A stretch of 64,000 nucleotides of DNA. It comes from Candidatus Acidiferrales bacterium. GTDB lineage: Archaea; Micrarchaeota; Micrarchaeia; Micrarchaeales; Micrarchaeaceae. A model generated the notes under the pieces. The model had not been told where the DNA came from and ran no database searches. It saw only the letters and a list, made by a program, of their open reading frames with translations. The DNA lies in contig DATLRT010000018.1 in assembly GCA_035534575.1 (NCBI GenBank), positions 1,316 to 65,315 of the forward strand, given 5' to 3'. The position numbers and the translations under genes were made by a program. This document shows, one piece after another, positions 37,641 through 47,501 of this stretch (its first letter is position 1; every line of letters starts with the position of its first letter).

Positions 37641-37817
37641 ATGCGTAACCAGACCATGGATGCGGATATCCCTTACCAGGGCCGCACGGGAGAGTCGACT
37701 TACAGTAGATTGAAGCGCACGCTGAGGAGAAAGCCGACGGCCAGCTGCGCTGGGGCGACTGATTTTGACCGGGTAGCTTGGATTCAGAGGAAGTTTCCAC
37801 AGCAACAGAGTACGTGA
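37641..37817 (+). CDS. 58-aa basic protein (leaderless-type start), first gene of a two-gene unit
   Basis: Not in ORF track. MRNQTMDADIPYQGRTGESTYSRLKRTLRRKPTASCAGATDFDRVAWIQRKFPQQQST. Stop lies 8 nt before the next ATG. AGG/AGA codon use. Confidence 0.45.
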   Translation: MRNQTMDADIPYQGRTGESTYSRLKRTLRRKPTASCAGATDFDRVAWIQRKFPQQQST

Positions 37818-37825
37818 GATAGTGC

Positions 37826-38671
37826 ATGGACAACAGGAAACCAGCTAGAGAGAGGGAACCAACGACAGATGATAGCCTCAGCCAGAGGCTGAAGATGCTC
37901 AGGGCCATGAGCCGGGAGGACATAGCCAAGGTCATCGCAAGGGAGAGGGACGAGAGGGGCATGCAGCAGCCCAGCGACGCGGTTCTGCAAAACAAGGTCT
38001 CGCAGCTCAAGAGGGCGATAAGCCCAGAGGATTACAAGACGTTGATACACTCAAGCGACTCAAAGGTAATCTCTCAGATGCTACATATCTCTAGGGGGCA
38101 GGTGAACAACCTTAGGACGGGGCTTGTCAGCTTCGGGCTGGTGGATGCCAACACGCCTGGAAGAATGAAGACAGAAATCGGTGGGGGGCGCAAGTCGGCC
38201 GGGGTGCCAGCATTTAAGCGCAGAAGCAAAGAGGAGATTGCCGCAGTGATGGAAACACTCAGGGCCAAGGTAGTAGAAAAGGGCCCAATCACATACGAAA
38301 GACTGGGAAAGTCCACAGGATATGACGTAGGGGAGATTAGGGGCTACGTAAACAGGTATTTTATGGACTTGGGAGTAAGAAAGTTCGATTTCGACCGTGG
38401 ACTCAGCGGGAAAAGAACCAGCAGCTTTAACGAGTTGCTCAATGGCAACCCCCACACAGTATACCTCATTGATGACATGGATCCCGAGAGCATAAGGAGA
38501 TTCAAGAGGCTGGTCGCCAAAAAGTGCAACTGCGACACAGGCAATATAAATGCCAGGACCTCTTTGGGTCACCTGCTTGCGAATCTGAAGACGGTGCTGC
38601 CTGGAGCGGCGGCTGCAATAGAGGAGGTAAAAGAGGAACTGAAGTTGCGCAGGGGCATGGTTAACGCTTAA
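37826..38671 (+). CDS. hypothetical protein with probable HTH segment (281 aa)
   Basis: VISQMLHISRGQVNNLRTGL resembles a helix-turn-helix; the rest is charged and helical. Confidence 0.6.
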   Translation: MDNRKPAREREPTTDDSLSQRLKMLRAMSREDIAKVIARERDERGMQQPSDAVLQNKVSQLKRAISPEDYKTLIHSSDSKVISQMLHISRGQVNNLRTGLVSFGLVDANTPGRMKTEIGGGRKSAGVPAFKRRSKEEIAAVMETLRAKVVEKGPITYERLGKSTGYDVGEIRGYVNRYFMDLGVRKFDFDRGLSGKRTSSFNELLNGNPHTVYLIDDMDPESIRRFKRLVAKKCNCDTGNINARTSLGHLLANLKTVLPGAAAAIEEVKEELKLRRGMVNA

Positions 38672-38703
38672 TTCTCTTTGCTGCAAAAGCATATGTGACG
38701 TTC

Positions 38704-38961
38704 ATGAAGAATTTTTTCTTTTGCAATAAGTGCCAGGTCATCCTATCTCCAAAGGAAGAGGATGGCAAGGTCTACCTCGAGTGCAGGAACTGCGGTGACA
38801 AGAAGGAGTACCTGGACTGGGTTGAACACGTCTGCAGCAAGTGCGGATTCAACAAGTCCACGATAGTGTTCCACGAGATGACGGGCGGGGACGAGGGCAC
38901 CACCACAATGTACAGGTGCATAAGGTGCGGCACAAAGGAAAGGGAGGGCCACCTGGCCTGA
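38704..38961 (+). CDS. tfs: transcription factor S / RpoM-like two-zinc-ribbon protein (short, 85 aa)
   Basis: N-ribbon CNKC...CRNC, C-ribbon CSKC...CIRC, with an acidic DE loop (GGDEGTT) in the TFIIS-type position. Confidence 0.75.
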   Translation: MKNFFFCNKCQVILSPKEEDGKVYLECRNCGDKKEYLDWVEHVCSKCGFNKSTIVFHEMTGGDEGTTTMYRCIRCGTKEREGHLA

Positions 38962-39070
38962 TCCCCTGCACAGCCACAAAGGCAAGTCGAACCCTTTTAA
39001 ATATTCTCTTCCATCTATTACCTGACTGGTTGTTAGTAAGTTACAACGCTATTCGATAGGAAGTGAGCAA

Positions 39071-39397
39071 ATGGATGGAAGCTTCAAGCCGATAACGGAG
39101 GTTCAGGATGCAGAGAGCAGGGCAGCTAAGACGCTCGAAAAGGCCACCAAGGACAGGGAGGGCGCCCTGATTGATGCCAAGACGCAGGCGGCAGCGATGG
39201 TCCAGGAGGCCGAGGCCAGGGCGAAGCAGCAGAAGGCTGACGCCATAACCAAGGAGCTGGCCCAACTCGACAGGAGGAAGAAGGATGCGCTCGAGGCCGC
39301 GGGCAAAGACGCCAAATCCTACAAGACCAAGAGGCTCAACCAGGTCGAGAGGGGCAGGGCGGTGAAGGAGCTGGTCGACTTAATCTTAGGTGCTTGA
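39071..39397 (+). CDS. atpH: A-type ATP synthase subunit H
   Basis: 108-aa Ala/Lys/Glu-rich coiled coil at the head of the atp operon. Confidence 0.75.
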   Translation: MDGSFKPITEVQDAESRAAKTLEKATKDREGALIDAKTQAAAMVQEAEARAKQQKADAITKELAQLDRRKKDALEAAGKDAKSYKTKRLNQVERGRAVKELVDLILGA

Positions 39398-39401
39398 ACT
39401 T

Positions 39402-41270
39402 ATGCTCCACACGGAACCGATGCAGAAGATAAGGATACTTTCCCTCGAGTCGAAGAAGTACTCAGTGGTGAAGGAGCTGCAAATGCTGGGAACCATAGAC
39501 ATCAGCAAGGGCTCCCTGGAGATAAACGACGACAGCACATCCGAGCTGCTGCCAAGGATTTCAGACATGCTCGTGAAGTTCAACAGCGTTCTCTCGGTGC
39601 TGAAGGCACCAAAGACTAAGGAGGCGAGGCAGCTCAAGCACCTCGACGTGGAGGAGCTGCTAAAGAGGTGCGAGGGCTTCAACGCGGCCAACGAGGCGTT
39701 CACTCTGTCGGGACAGAAGAAGAGCCTTAGCGACAGGATAAGGAACATAGACGACACGCTCGAGATAGCGGAGATGTTCAGCGGCACCGGGATTGACTTC
39801 GGAAAGCTGCACAGCGGCGTGCTCGATTTCAAGGCAATAAAGATAGAGAGGAAGTATTCAAAGAGGTTCAAGGGGCTGCTCAAGGACACGAAGGTCAGAT
39901 ACGAATTGATAGCAAAAGAGCTCAAGGACAAGGAGTGGCTCTTCTTCATCGCCTATCCGAAGCAGAGGTCGCAGGTGATCGAAGCCGCGGTGAAGGCGGT
40001 CAAGCACATAGAGATAAACCTCGCGGGAGGCAAGCTCGACTCAACGCCGTCGGAGATGAGGGCCAGGCTCGACAAGGAGAAGGAGGAGATAAGGGCCACT
40101 ATGAAGGGCATCGACGCCAAGATAGCCGAGGTCAGCGCGAACAACTACTTTGAGGTCGCAGCCCTGACGGAGATGCTGGAGATAGAGTTCGAGAGGGCCA
40201 GCATCAGCTCCAAGTTCAAGAGGACGCAGCGCGTCTTCGTGGTGGACGGATGGATACCGAAGAAGAAGCTGGGCGAGATCAAGGCGGCGGTGGCGAAGTG
40301 CACCGAGAACATGTACCAGTTCGACGAGATAAAGACCAAGGAGCTCGCGCCCACGTACACGGAGAGGCCGAAGATCCTCAGCCCGTTCGGATTCATACTC
40401 AACTTCTACTCCGTGCCAAGGAGCGACGAGATAGACCCCACCTGGATATTCATCGTATCGTTCATAATATTCTACGGAATGATGGTCAGCGACGTAGGCT
40501 ACGGGCTGATATCGCTGCTCATAGCTATGCTGATAGCGAGGAAGACCGACCCTGACGGGCTGATGCACAACGTGGCCAAGATATGGCAGATATCCTCGAT
40601 ATCGATAATATTCTTCGGCGTGATCTCGAACCAGTACCTCGGGTTCTCGATACCGTTCCTCAACGCGCTCAAGATATTCGACTGGACCAAGGACACGGTC
40701 AACATAATACTGATAACCGCGTTCATAGGCATCGCCCAGGTGGTGCTCGGACAGATGTTCAGCTTCATCAACAAGATGAGGCACCACGAGACCAAGCTTG
40801 CAATCAGCAAGATAACCGCCATAATAGCCATACTTTCGGGAGTTGTGGCGATAGGCGGCCTGCTCTTCCACGCGTTCGGCAACACGCTCTCGACCGCGGC
40901 CGCGATAGTGAGCATCATCACATTCGTGACGACCGGTGCGCTGAGCGGCATAGAGGCCAGCGAGCTCACCAACCTGATAACCCACCCGCTCAGCTACACC
41001 AGGATACTGGGCTTCGGGCTTGCCAGCGTGATAATCGCCTACCTGATAGACAACGCATTCACGCCGACGATGGCGCACGGGATACTGGTATTTATAGCTT
41101 TCTTGGTAATTTTCATCATATTGCACCTCCTCAACATGCTGCTTGGCATATTCGAGGGCATAATACAGAGCATAAGGCTCAACTTCGTGGAGTTTTTCTC
41201 CAAGTTTTACACGGGCAACGGCATAAGGTTCAGGCCGTATTACTTCAGGAGGCGTTACACTAAAGACTAA
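39402..41270 (+). CDS. atpI: A-type ATP synthase subunit I (stator a-subunit homolog)
   Basis: MLHTEPMQKIRIL start typical of subunit I. Soluble N-terminal half plus 7-8 TM helices containing the essential Arg region YTRILGFGLAS. Confidence 0.9.
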   Translation: MLHTEPMQKIRILSLESKKYSVVKELQMLGTIDISKGSLEINDDSTSELLPRISDMLVKFNSVLSVLKAPKTKEARQLKHLDVEELLKRCEGFNAANEAFTLSGQKKSLSDRIRNIDDTLEIAEMFSGTGIDFGKLHSGVLDFKAIKIERKYSKRFKGLLKDTKVRYELIAKELKDKEWLFFIAYPKQRSQVIEAAVKAVKHIEINLAGGKLDSTPSEMRARLDKEKEEIRATMKGIDAKIAEVSANNYFEVAALTEMLEIEFERASISSKFKRTQRVFVVDGWIPKKKLGEIKAAVAKCTENMYQFDEIKTKELAPTYTERPKILSPFGFILNFYSVPRSDEIDPTWIFIVSFIIFYGMMVSDVGYGLISLLIAMLIARKTDPDGLMHNVAKIWQISSISIIFFGVISNQYLGFSIPFLNALKIFDWTKDTVNIILITAFIGIAQVVLGQMFSFINKMRHHETKLAISKITAIIAILSGVVAIGGLLFHAFGNTLSTAAAIVSIITFVTTGALSGIEASELTNLITHPLSYTRILGFGLASVIIAYLIDNAFTPTMAHGILVFIAFLVIFIILHLLNMLLGIFEGIIQSIRLNFVEFFSKFYTGNGIRFRPYYFRRRYTKD

Positions 41271-41287
41271 GATACAACGTGATAAAA

Positions 41288-41524
41288 ATGGCAATAGGAC
41301 TTGAGACTGCAATTGCAAGCATTGGAGCCGGAGTAGCGATACTAGGAGGCGCTGTTGGAACGGGTATAGCCCAGTCGGGCATCGGAAGCGCGGGCATAGG
41401 CCTGATAGCCGAGAAGCCGGAGCAGCTGGGAATGGCCCTGCTGTTCCTTGTGCTGCCTGAGACGCTGCTGATATTCGGCTTCGTCGTGGCTATACTGATA
41501 ATGCTGAGCGCCGGAATCGTCTGA
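41288..41524 (+). CDS. atpK: A-type ATP synthase subunit K (proteolipid c)
   Basis: Two-helix proteolipid with a Gly-rich helix 1 (IGAGVAILGGAVGTGIAQSG) and carboxylate in helix 2 (LPETLLIFG). Confidence 0.88.
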   Translation: MAIGLETAIASIGAGVAILGGAVGTGIAQSGIGSAGIGLIAEKPEQLGMALLFLVLPETLLIFGFVVAILIMLSAGIV

Positions 41525-41539
41525 CCAAGGGTAAGGATC

Positions 41540-42220
41540 ATGCCTTTGGAAGATATAAAGCGCGACATAGAGGAGAACGCAAGGAAGGAGGCCAGGCGCA
41601 TACACGAGGAGAGCAGGAAGGAGTGCGAGCTGGTGCTCTCCGACGCCAAGGCCAAGGTAAGCGCGATAATAGACGAGAGCCAGAGAAGCATGAAGGCGGA
41701 GCTGGAGCTCCTCAACAGGGAGTACGCCTCGAGCATTGAGCTCGGTAGGAAGAGCGCGGTCCTGTCGGCGATGGAGGAGGCGCTTGAGGCCGAGATGCGC
41801 TCGATGAGGAGGGAGCTTGCCAAGAAGGCGAGGGCTAGCCCCGCTTACGAGAAGCTGTTCAAGGACGCCATGAAGGCGGGAAGGCAGATGGCGGGCGGCG
41901 ATGATTTCATAGTCGCAACGTCGAAGAAGGACGTGCCGCTCCTCGGCAAGACATCCGCAAAGGTGGAGGCCAGGGATATGGAGGGCGGGCTTATGGTCTA
42001 CTCAAGGGACAGGAGCATGAGCATCGACGCAACTCTTGACAAGCTGATCGAGTCAAAGCAGGAGGAGATAAGGAACGAGATAAACTCCAGGCTGTTCTCC
42101 GGCTCTGCGAAGAAGGCTGCAAAGGCAGTGAAGGGAAAGAGGGCAAAGGCGCCTGCCGCGAAGAAGGCGAAAAAATCAGCGGCGCCGAAGAAGAAGGCAG
42201 TGAAGAAGAGGAAGAAGTGA
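41540..42220 (+). CDS. atpE: A-type ATP synthase subunit E with Lys/Ala-rich C-terminal tail
   Basis: MPLEDIKRDIEENARKEARRI... is a typical subunit E start. The last ~40 aa are AKKAAKAVKGKRAKAPAAKKAKKSAAPKKKAVKKRKK. Confidence 0.85.
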   Translation: MPLEDIKRDIEENARKEARRIHEESRKECELVLSDAKAKVSAIIDESQRSMKAELELLNREYASSIELGRKSAVLSAMEEALEAEMRSMRRELAKKARASPAYEKLFKDAMKAGRQMAGGDDFIVATSKKDVPLLGKTSAKVEARDMEGGLMVYSRDRSMSIDATLDKLIESKQEEIRNEINSRLFSGSAKKAAKAVKGKRAKAPAAKKAKKSAAPKKKAVKKRKK

Positions 42221-42224
42221 GTAT

Positions 42225-43295
42225 ATGACGCTAGTCGGTTATGGTGCTGCAAGGCTCTATGGGTACTCCAACGCCAGGGTAAAGGCTATGGAGTCCAAGA
42301 TGCTCACCAAGGAGTTCCTCAGGGACATCTACAAGACCGACGACATCAAGGTAATACTCGCGAAGCTACTGCAGACGGACTACAAGCCCTACATAGAGGA
42401 GTTCGGCGACATCAACGAGAGGGAGGAGCTGCTGGACTTCGCGCTCAGGAGGAGCCTGGCCAAGACAGCGGAGAAGGTCATCGCGATCACGCCGAAGGAG
42501 CAGAGGGACATAATCATAAGGATAGTGAGCAAGTGGGACCTTTACAACATCAAGCTCGTGCTGAGCGCAAAGGCGAACGGAAAGAGCTTCGAGAGCATAT
42601 CGAAGTACATAGTCAGCAGCGAGAACGTGAGCGCGAGGGTGATAAAGGAGGCAATGGGGGAGGCCAACATCGAGTACGCGGTGGGCAAGCTGGTGCTCAG
42701 CACGCCGTACAGACAGATACTCGACATAGCGCTCGACACCTACAGGAAGACGGGAAACATAACGCTCGTCAACGCCGAGATAGACAAGACCTTCTTCAGC
42801 CTGCTCGGGGAGGCGATATACCGGCTGAGCAAGCTGAGCTACGAGTCCGCGATGGTCGTGAAGCTCGACATAGAGATGAGGAACGTGCGCACGCTGCTGA
42901 GAGCCAAGAAGTACAACATCAAGGGCTCGGAGGTTAGGGACCTGCTGATACCGAACGGGATAACCAACGTTGACACGCTGATATCCAACTTCGACGGCGC
43001 GAAGGACATGAGGGACCTTGTCGCGAGCGTGAAGAGCTTCGACCTGAAGGACGCGCTCACCTCATACGAGGCCAACAAGTACAAGCAGATGCTCATATTC
43101 GAGATATCGATGAGGAACAGGATATTCGAGAAGGTAATATCCACGCTGAAGCACAGCGTCCTCTCTTTCGGGACGATAGTCGCATACTTCTACCTGAAGG
43201 AGATTGAGATATTCGCGCTCAGGGTAATAATAAAGGGAAAGATGTACGGGCTCGAGGAGAGCGAGATAAACGAGATGATAAGATGGGCAATGTAG
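42225..43295 (+). CDS. atpC: A-type ATP synthase subunit C
   Basis: YGYSNARVKAMESKMLTKEF is a typical N-terminus; 356 aa and helical. Confidence 0.88.
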   Translation: MTLVGYGAARLYGYSNARVKAMESKMLTKEFLRDIYKTDDIKVILAKLLQTDYKPYIEEFGDINEREELLDFALRRSLAKTAEKVIAITPKEQRDIIIRIVSKWDLYNIKLVLSAKANGKSFESISKYIVSSENVSARVIKEAMGEANIEYAVGKLVLSTPYRQILDIALDTYRKTGNITLVNAEIDKTFFSLLGEAIYRLSKLSYESAMVVKLDIEMRNVRTLLRAKKYNIKGSEVRDLLIPNGITNVDTLISNFDGAKDMRDLVASVKSFDLKDALTSYEANKYKQMLIFEISMRNRIFEKVISTLKHSVLSFGTIVAYFYLKEIEIFALRVIIKGKMYGLEESEINEMIRWAM

Positions 43296-43627
43296 CTGCA
43301 AAGGAGTTCAAGCTCGCGGTCATAGGGGACCAGATGCTGAGCATGGGGCTTGGAGTCAGCGGCATAAAGCACATCTACAACGCACAGACCACTGATGATG
43401 TGGAGGCAGCGGTGAGGGACGTCATCGCGAAGGGTGACATAGGGATGGTGATAATGAACGAGCGCAACATGAAGATGGTGAAGGACAGGAAGCTGCTCGC
43501 GATTATGGACACCAGCATATCACCCCTCTTCATAGGAATACCATCGTACAACCAGCAGGACCTGGAATCTGACACGCTTAGGAGGCTCATAATCAGGGCC
43601 ATAGGAATAGACATAGCAAAGAGATGA
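43283..43627 (+). CDS. atpF: A-type ATP synthase subunit F
   Basis: KLAVIGDQMLSMGLGVSGI...VIMNE pattern. Overlaps atpC by 13 nt. Confidence 0.85.
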   Translation: MGNVAAKEFKLAVIGDQMLSMGLGVSGIKHIYNAQTTDDVEAAVRDVIAKGDIGMVIMNERNMKMVKDRKLLAIMDTSISPLFIGIPSYNQQDLESDTLRRLIIRAIGIDIAKR

Positions 43628-43631
43628 TATC

Positions 43632-45383
43632 ATGGGAATTATAGTAAAAATTTCAGGACCCTTGGTCATAGCGGATGACATGAAGGGAAGCAACATGTAC
43701 GATGTTGTGAAGGTTGGAACGCTGGGGCTCATCGGAGAGATAATACAGCTCAAGGAGTCGTCGGCAATCATACAGGTCTACGAGGACACGAGCGGAATGA
43801 GGCCTGGAGAGCCGGTAGAGACCACAAGCCTGCCGCTGTCCGTGGAGCTGGGGCCTGGCATACTCACCAAGATTTACGACGGAGTGCAGAGACCGCTTGA
43901 CGTGATAAGGCAGAAGAGCGGAGTGTACATCAAGAGGGGAATAAACGTGGCCTCGGTCGACAGGAGCAAGAAGTGGAAGTTCTTCCCCGACAAGGCGATC
44001 AAGAAGGGAAGCCACGTGAGCGAGGGAACCATACTCGGCCACGTTGACGAGACGCCGCTGATAAAGCACTACATAATGGTGCCGGCCGGAATCGAAGGCA
44101 AGATAGAGACGATTAAGAGTGGAAGCTTCACGGTTGAGGAGACTATCGCGACGGTCAGCACGGGAAAGAAGGTCGAGAAGGTGACTATGCTCCAGAAGAG
44201 AGGAGTCAGGAGCCCTGCACGGTACAAGAGCAGGATGCCATCGGACTCGCCGCTGGTCACAGGAACGAGGGTCATCGACATGTTCTTCCCTGTGGCAAAG
44301 GGAGGTGCTGCGGCAATTCCGGGGCCGTTCGGGTCGGGAAAGACTGTCACACAGCATAGCCTTGCCAAGTACTCGGACAGCAACATCGTGATTTACGTAG
44401 GATGCGGAGAGAGGGGAAACGAGATGACTGAGGTGCTCAGCGAGTTCCCTGAGCTCAAGGATCCGCAGACGGGCAGGCCGCTTATGGAACGAACAGTCCT
44501 GATAGCGAACACGAGCAACATGCCGGTTGCAGCAAGAGAGGCCAGCATATACACGGGAATAACGATTGCGGAATACTTCAGGGACATGGGATACGATGTC
44601 GCGCTCATGGCAGACTCCACATCGAGGTGGGCCGAGGCCATGAGGGAGATATCCACAAGGCTGGAAGAGATGCCGGGAGAAGAAGGATACCCCGCTTATC
44701 TGGCAAAGAGGCTCGCAGAGTTCTACGAGCGTGCGGGAAGAGTCAACGCGCTGAGCGGCAACGTCGGATCGGTTACGCTTGTAGGCGCGGTCTCGCCGCC
44801 GGGAGGAGACATATCGGAACCTGTCTCACAGGGAACGTTGAGAGTCGTGAAGACATTCTGGGCGCTTGACGCGTCGCTAGCTAACTCAAGGCACTTCCCC
44901 TCGATAAACTGGCTGCAGAGCTATTCGCTGTACATACCACAGCTCGGCAAGTGGTACCAGACCAACATGGGAGAGAGCTTCGCCAAGCAGAGAGATGAAG
45001 CGATGCAGATACTCCAGAGGGAGGCGGAGCTGAAGGACATAGTCCAGCTTGTGGGTGCAGACGCGCTTCCGGAGACCGAGAGGCTCACGCTTGAGATAGG
45101 AAGGATGATAAGGGAAGACTTCCTCAGGCAGAACGCGTTCGACGAGATAGACGCGTCCACCAGCCTCAAGAAGCAGGAGATGATGCTTGACGCGATACTT
45201 CACTTCAGGGACATGGCCGCAAGGGCGCTTGACGCGCAGGTAACCATAGACAAGGTCGTAGCGGTGAAGGCCAGGGCAAGGATAGCCAGGATGAAGGAGC
45301 AGAAGGAGGAGAACGCGAAGAAGGAGATAGACTCCATAAGGGGCGAGATGGACAAGGAGTTCGCCGAGCTCATGAAGGGATAA
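43632..45383 (+). CDS. atpA: A-type ATP synthase catalytic subunit A
   Basis: Walker A GPFGSGKTV, GERGNEMTEV and LMADSTSRWAEA; 583 aa. Confidence 0.96.
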   Translation: MGIIVKISGPLVIADDMKGSNMYDVVKVGTLGLIGEIIQLKESSAIIQVYEDTSGMRPGEPVETTSLPLSVELGPGILTKIYDGVQRPLDVIRQKSGVYIKRGINVASVDRSKKWKFFPDKAIKKGSHVSEGTILGHVDETPLIKHYIMVPAGIEGKIETIKSGSFTVEETIATVSTGKKVEKVTMLQKRGVRSPARYKSRMPSDSPLVTGTRVIDMFFPVAKGGAAAIPGPFGSGKTVTQHSLAKYSDSNIVIYVGCGERGNEMTEVLSEFPELKDPQTGRPLMERTVLIANTSNMPVAAREASIYTGITIAEYFRDMGYDVALMADSTSRWAEAMREISTRLEEMPGEEGYPAYLAKRLAEFYERAGRVNALSGNVGSVTLVGAVSPPGGDISEPVSQGTLRVVKTFWALDASLANSRHFPSINWLQSYSLYIPQLGKWYQTNMGESFAKQRDEAMQILQREAELKDIVQLVGADALPETERLTLEIGRMIREDFLRQNAFDEIDASTSLKKQEMMLDAILHFRDMAARALDAQVTIDKVVAVKARARIARMKEQKEENAKKEIDSIRGEMDKEFAELMKG

Positions 45384-45398
45384 GGGATAGGTGATATT

Positions 45399-46790
45399 GT
45401 GAACATGAAATTCGAGAAGGAATACAAGACAATCAAGAGCGTTGCCGGCCCGCTGCTGGTAGTTGACAAGGTAAGGGACGCTGCGTACAACGAGGTGGTG
45501 AGGATAAACCTGCCCAACGGCGAGACGAAGCTGGGGCAGGTGCTCGAGACCACGAACCAGTTCGCTGTGGTGCAGATATTCGGACAGACGAGCGGAATAA
45601 ACCTGAGCGACACATCTGTCAGCTTCCTGGGAGACACTTTCAGGATAGGCGTGTCAGACGAGATGTTGGGGAGGGTGTTTGACGGGCAGGGAAGGCCGAT
45701 AGACATCAAGGCAGGGATAACCGCAAAGGAGAAGGTGGACATAAACGGCGAGCCGCTCAACCCGGTATCAAGGTCTATGCCGAAGGACTTCATAGAGACG
45801 GGAATCTCAACGATTGACGGCCTGATTACGTTGGTAAGGGGACAGAAGCTCCCGATATTCTCAGGCTCGGGACTGACGCACAACGAGTTGGCGGCGCAGA
45901 TAACGAGGCAGGCGAAGGTGAAGAACAGCACTGAGGACTTCGCAGTGGTATTCGCGGGAATCGGGATAACGCACGACGACGCAGAGTTCTTCATAAGGGA
46001 CTTCGAGAAGACTGGCGCGCTCAAGAGGACTGTCGCATTTATCAACATGGCAGACGACCCGAGCATAGAAAGGATTCTCACCCCGAGGCTTGCGCTCACG
46101 ACAGCGGAGTACCTCGCGTACGAGAGGGACATGCACGTTCTGGTCATAATGACCGACATGACCAACTACTGCGAGGCACTGAGGGAGCTTGCAAGCGCGA
46201 GGGAGGAGGTTCCGGGAAGGAGAGGATATCCGGGTTACATGTACACGGACCTTGCCAGCCTTTACGAGAGGGCGGGAATAGTCGTGGGCAAGAAGGGAAG
46301 CATAACCCAGCTCGATATCCTGACGATGCCGAGCGACGACGTGACGCACCCGATACCGGACCTGACAGGTTACATTACTGAGGGACAGATATACCTCAAC
46401 AGGGAGCTGGCGAACAAGGCCATCTACCCGTCGGTCGACCCGCTTGGCTCGCTCTCGAGGCTTATGAACAACGGAATAGGCAACGGCAAGACAAGGGAGG
46501 ACCACAGGGGAGTGGCGGACCAGCTCTACGGCTTCTACGCTAAGGCGAAGGAGGCAAAGAGCCTCAGCTCCATAGTCGGAATAGAGGCTCTGAGCGACAT
46601 AGAGAAGAAGTACCTCAAGTTCGGTGACAACTTCGAGAAGAAGTTCATACAGCAGGGAAGGTACGAGGACAGGAGCATAGAGAGGACCTTGGAGATAGGT
46701 TGGGACCTGCTCTCAGACTTCGACCAGAACGACCTCACTAGGATAAAGACCGATTACATAGGCAAGTACTACGGCAAGAGCAAGAAGTGA
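45399..46790 (+). CDS. atpB: A-type ATP synthase subunit B
   Basis: [30 protein letters not shown]. The start is GTG 45399 or ATG 45405. Confidence 0.95.
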   Translation: MNMKFEKEYKTIKSVAGPLLVVDKVRDAAYNEVVRINLPNGETKLGQVLETTNQFAVVQIFGQTSGINLSDTSVSFLGDTFRIGVSDEMLGRVFDGQGRPIDIKAGITAKEKVDINGEPLNPVSRSMPKDFIETGISTIDGLITLVRGQKLPIFSGSGLTHNELAAQITRQAKVKNSTEDFAVVFAGIGITHDDAEFFIRDFEKTGALKRTVAFINMADDPSIERILTPRLALTTAEYLAYERDMHVLVIMTDMTNYCEALRELASAREEVPGRRGYPGYMYTDLASLYERAGIVVGKKGSITQLDILTMPSDDVTHPIPDLTGYITEGQIYLNRELANKAIYPSVDPLGSLSRLMNNGIGNGKTREDHRGVADQLYGFYAKAKEAKSLSSIVGIEALSDIEKKYLKFGDNFEKKFIQQGRYEDRSIERTLEIGWDLLSDFDQNDLTRIKTDYIGKYYGKSKK

Positions 46791-46847
46791 AGTGATACCA
46801 CGGCAGTCAGCCCAACAAGGATAAACCTGATCAACACCAGGAAGAGC

Positions 46848-47429
46848 GTGAAGATCGCACAGAGAGGGTACTCCCTGCTCAAGAGGAAGAGGGAGGTCCT
46901 TGTGATGGAGTTCCTGAAGCTGCTCAAGGAGTCGACGAACGACAGGAACTACCTCAACGAGATGCTGCAGAGGGCGTACAAGAACCTGGCGGTGGCCTCG
47001 GCTTACGCGGGAGACTTCGAGCTGGAGCAGGTGGCAAACTACGCTAAGGAGCCGAACCCGGTAGTCATAGCACAGAAGAACATCATGGGAGTCAAGATAC
47101 CGGAGATTGAGAGGAGCAAGGAGGAGATTGGCATCTTGGAGAGGGGTTACGGATTGCTCTCGACAAGCACTGCAATCGATGACGTTGCGGAGTCTTTCAA
47201 CGACGTGCTCAACACGGTGGTGGACGTGGCGAAGAGAGAACAGGGTATAAAGAGGCTGGTCATCGAGATCGACAAGGTCAAGAGGAGGGTCAACGCCCTG
47301 GAGTACATAGTGGTTCCGAACCTCAACAAGAGAAAGAAGTACATCGCGATGAGGCTGGAGGAGATAGACAGGGATATGTTCTCAGGGCTCAAGCACGTAA
47401 AGAAGAAGCTGGAGAGCAGGAAGGATTGA
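46848..47429 (+). CDS. atpD: A-type ATP synthase subunit D (true start probably upstream, see finding)
   Basis: KIAQRGYSLLKRKREVLVMEF is a subunit D signature. The frame stays open back to the atpB stop and encodes the conserved SPTRINL motif, with no ATG/GTG/TTG there. Confidence 0.85.
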   Translation: MKIAQRGYSLLKRKREVLVMEFLKLLKESTNDRNYLNEMLQRAYKNLAVASAYAGDFELEQVANYAKEPNPVVIAQKNIMGVKIPEIERSKEEIGILERGYGLLSTSTAIDDVAESFNDVLNTVVDVAKREQGIKRLVIEIDKVKRRVNALEYIVVPNLNKRKKYIAMRLEEIDRDMFSGLKHVKKKLESRKD

Positions 47430-47501
47430 GATCCACGTCAATTGCGAAAGCCTTACAACTGTTTTTAAGCTGATAATCACTAGCCTTAGTGGGTGTGATG
47501 C

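Noticed and set aside
37722-37812. RNase P RNA-like strings (GAGGAGAAAGCC resembling CR-I GAGGAAAGUCC; GCAACAGAG as in the bacterial P10/11 region) in a G+C-rich stretch upstream of ORF 37826
   Set aside because: The region is fully covered by a 58-aa ORF with a well-placed promoter and window-typical codons. No P4 partner (ACAGNA..CGGCUUA-like) follows, and the downstream sequence is a convincing protein ORF.
40041-41318. Long antisense ORFs inside real genes (for example 40041-41318, 45200-46165, 5525-6352, 182-997, 24460-25155, 36136-36891)
   Set aside because: These are shadow frames opposite strongly purine-biased coding strands. The translations are Arg/Leu/Val/His or Ser-rich with no motifs, while the sense frames carry unambiguous family signatures.
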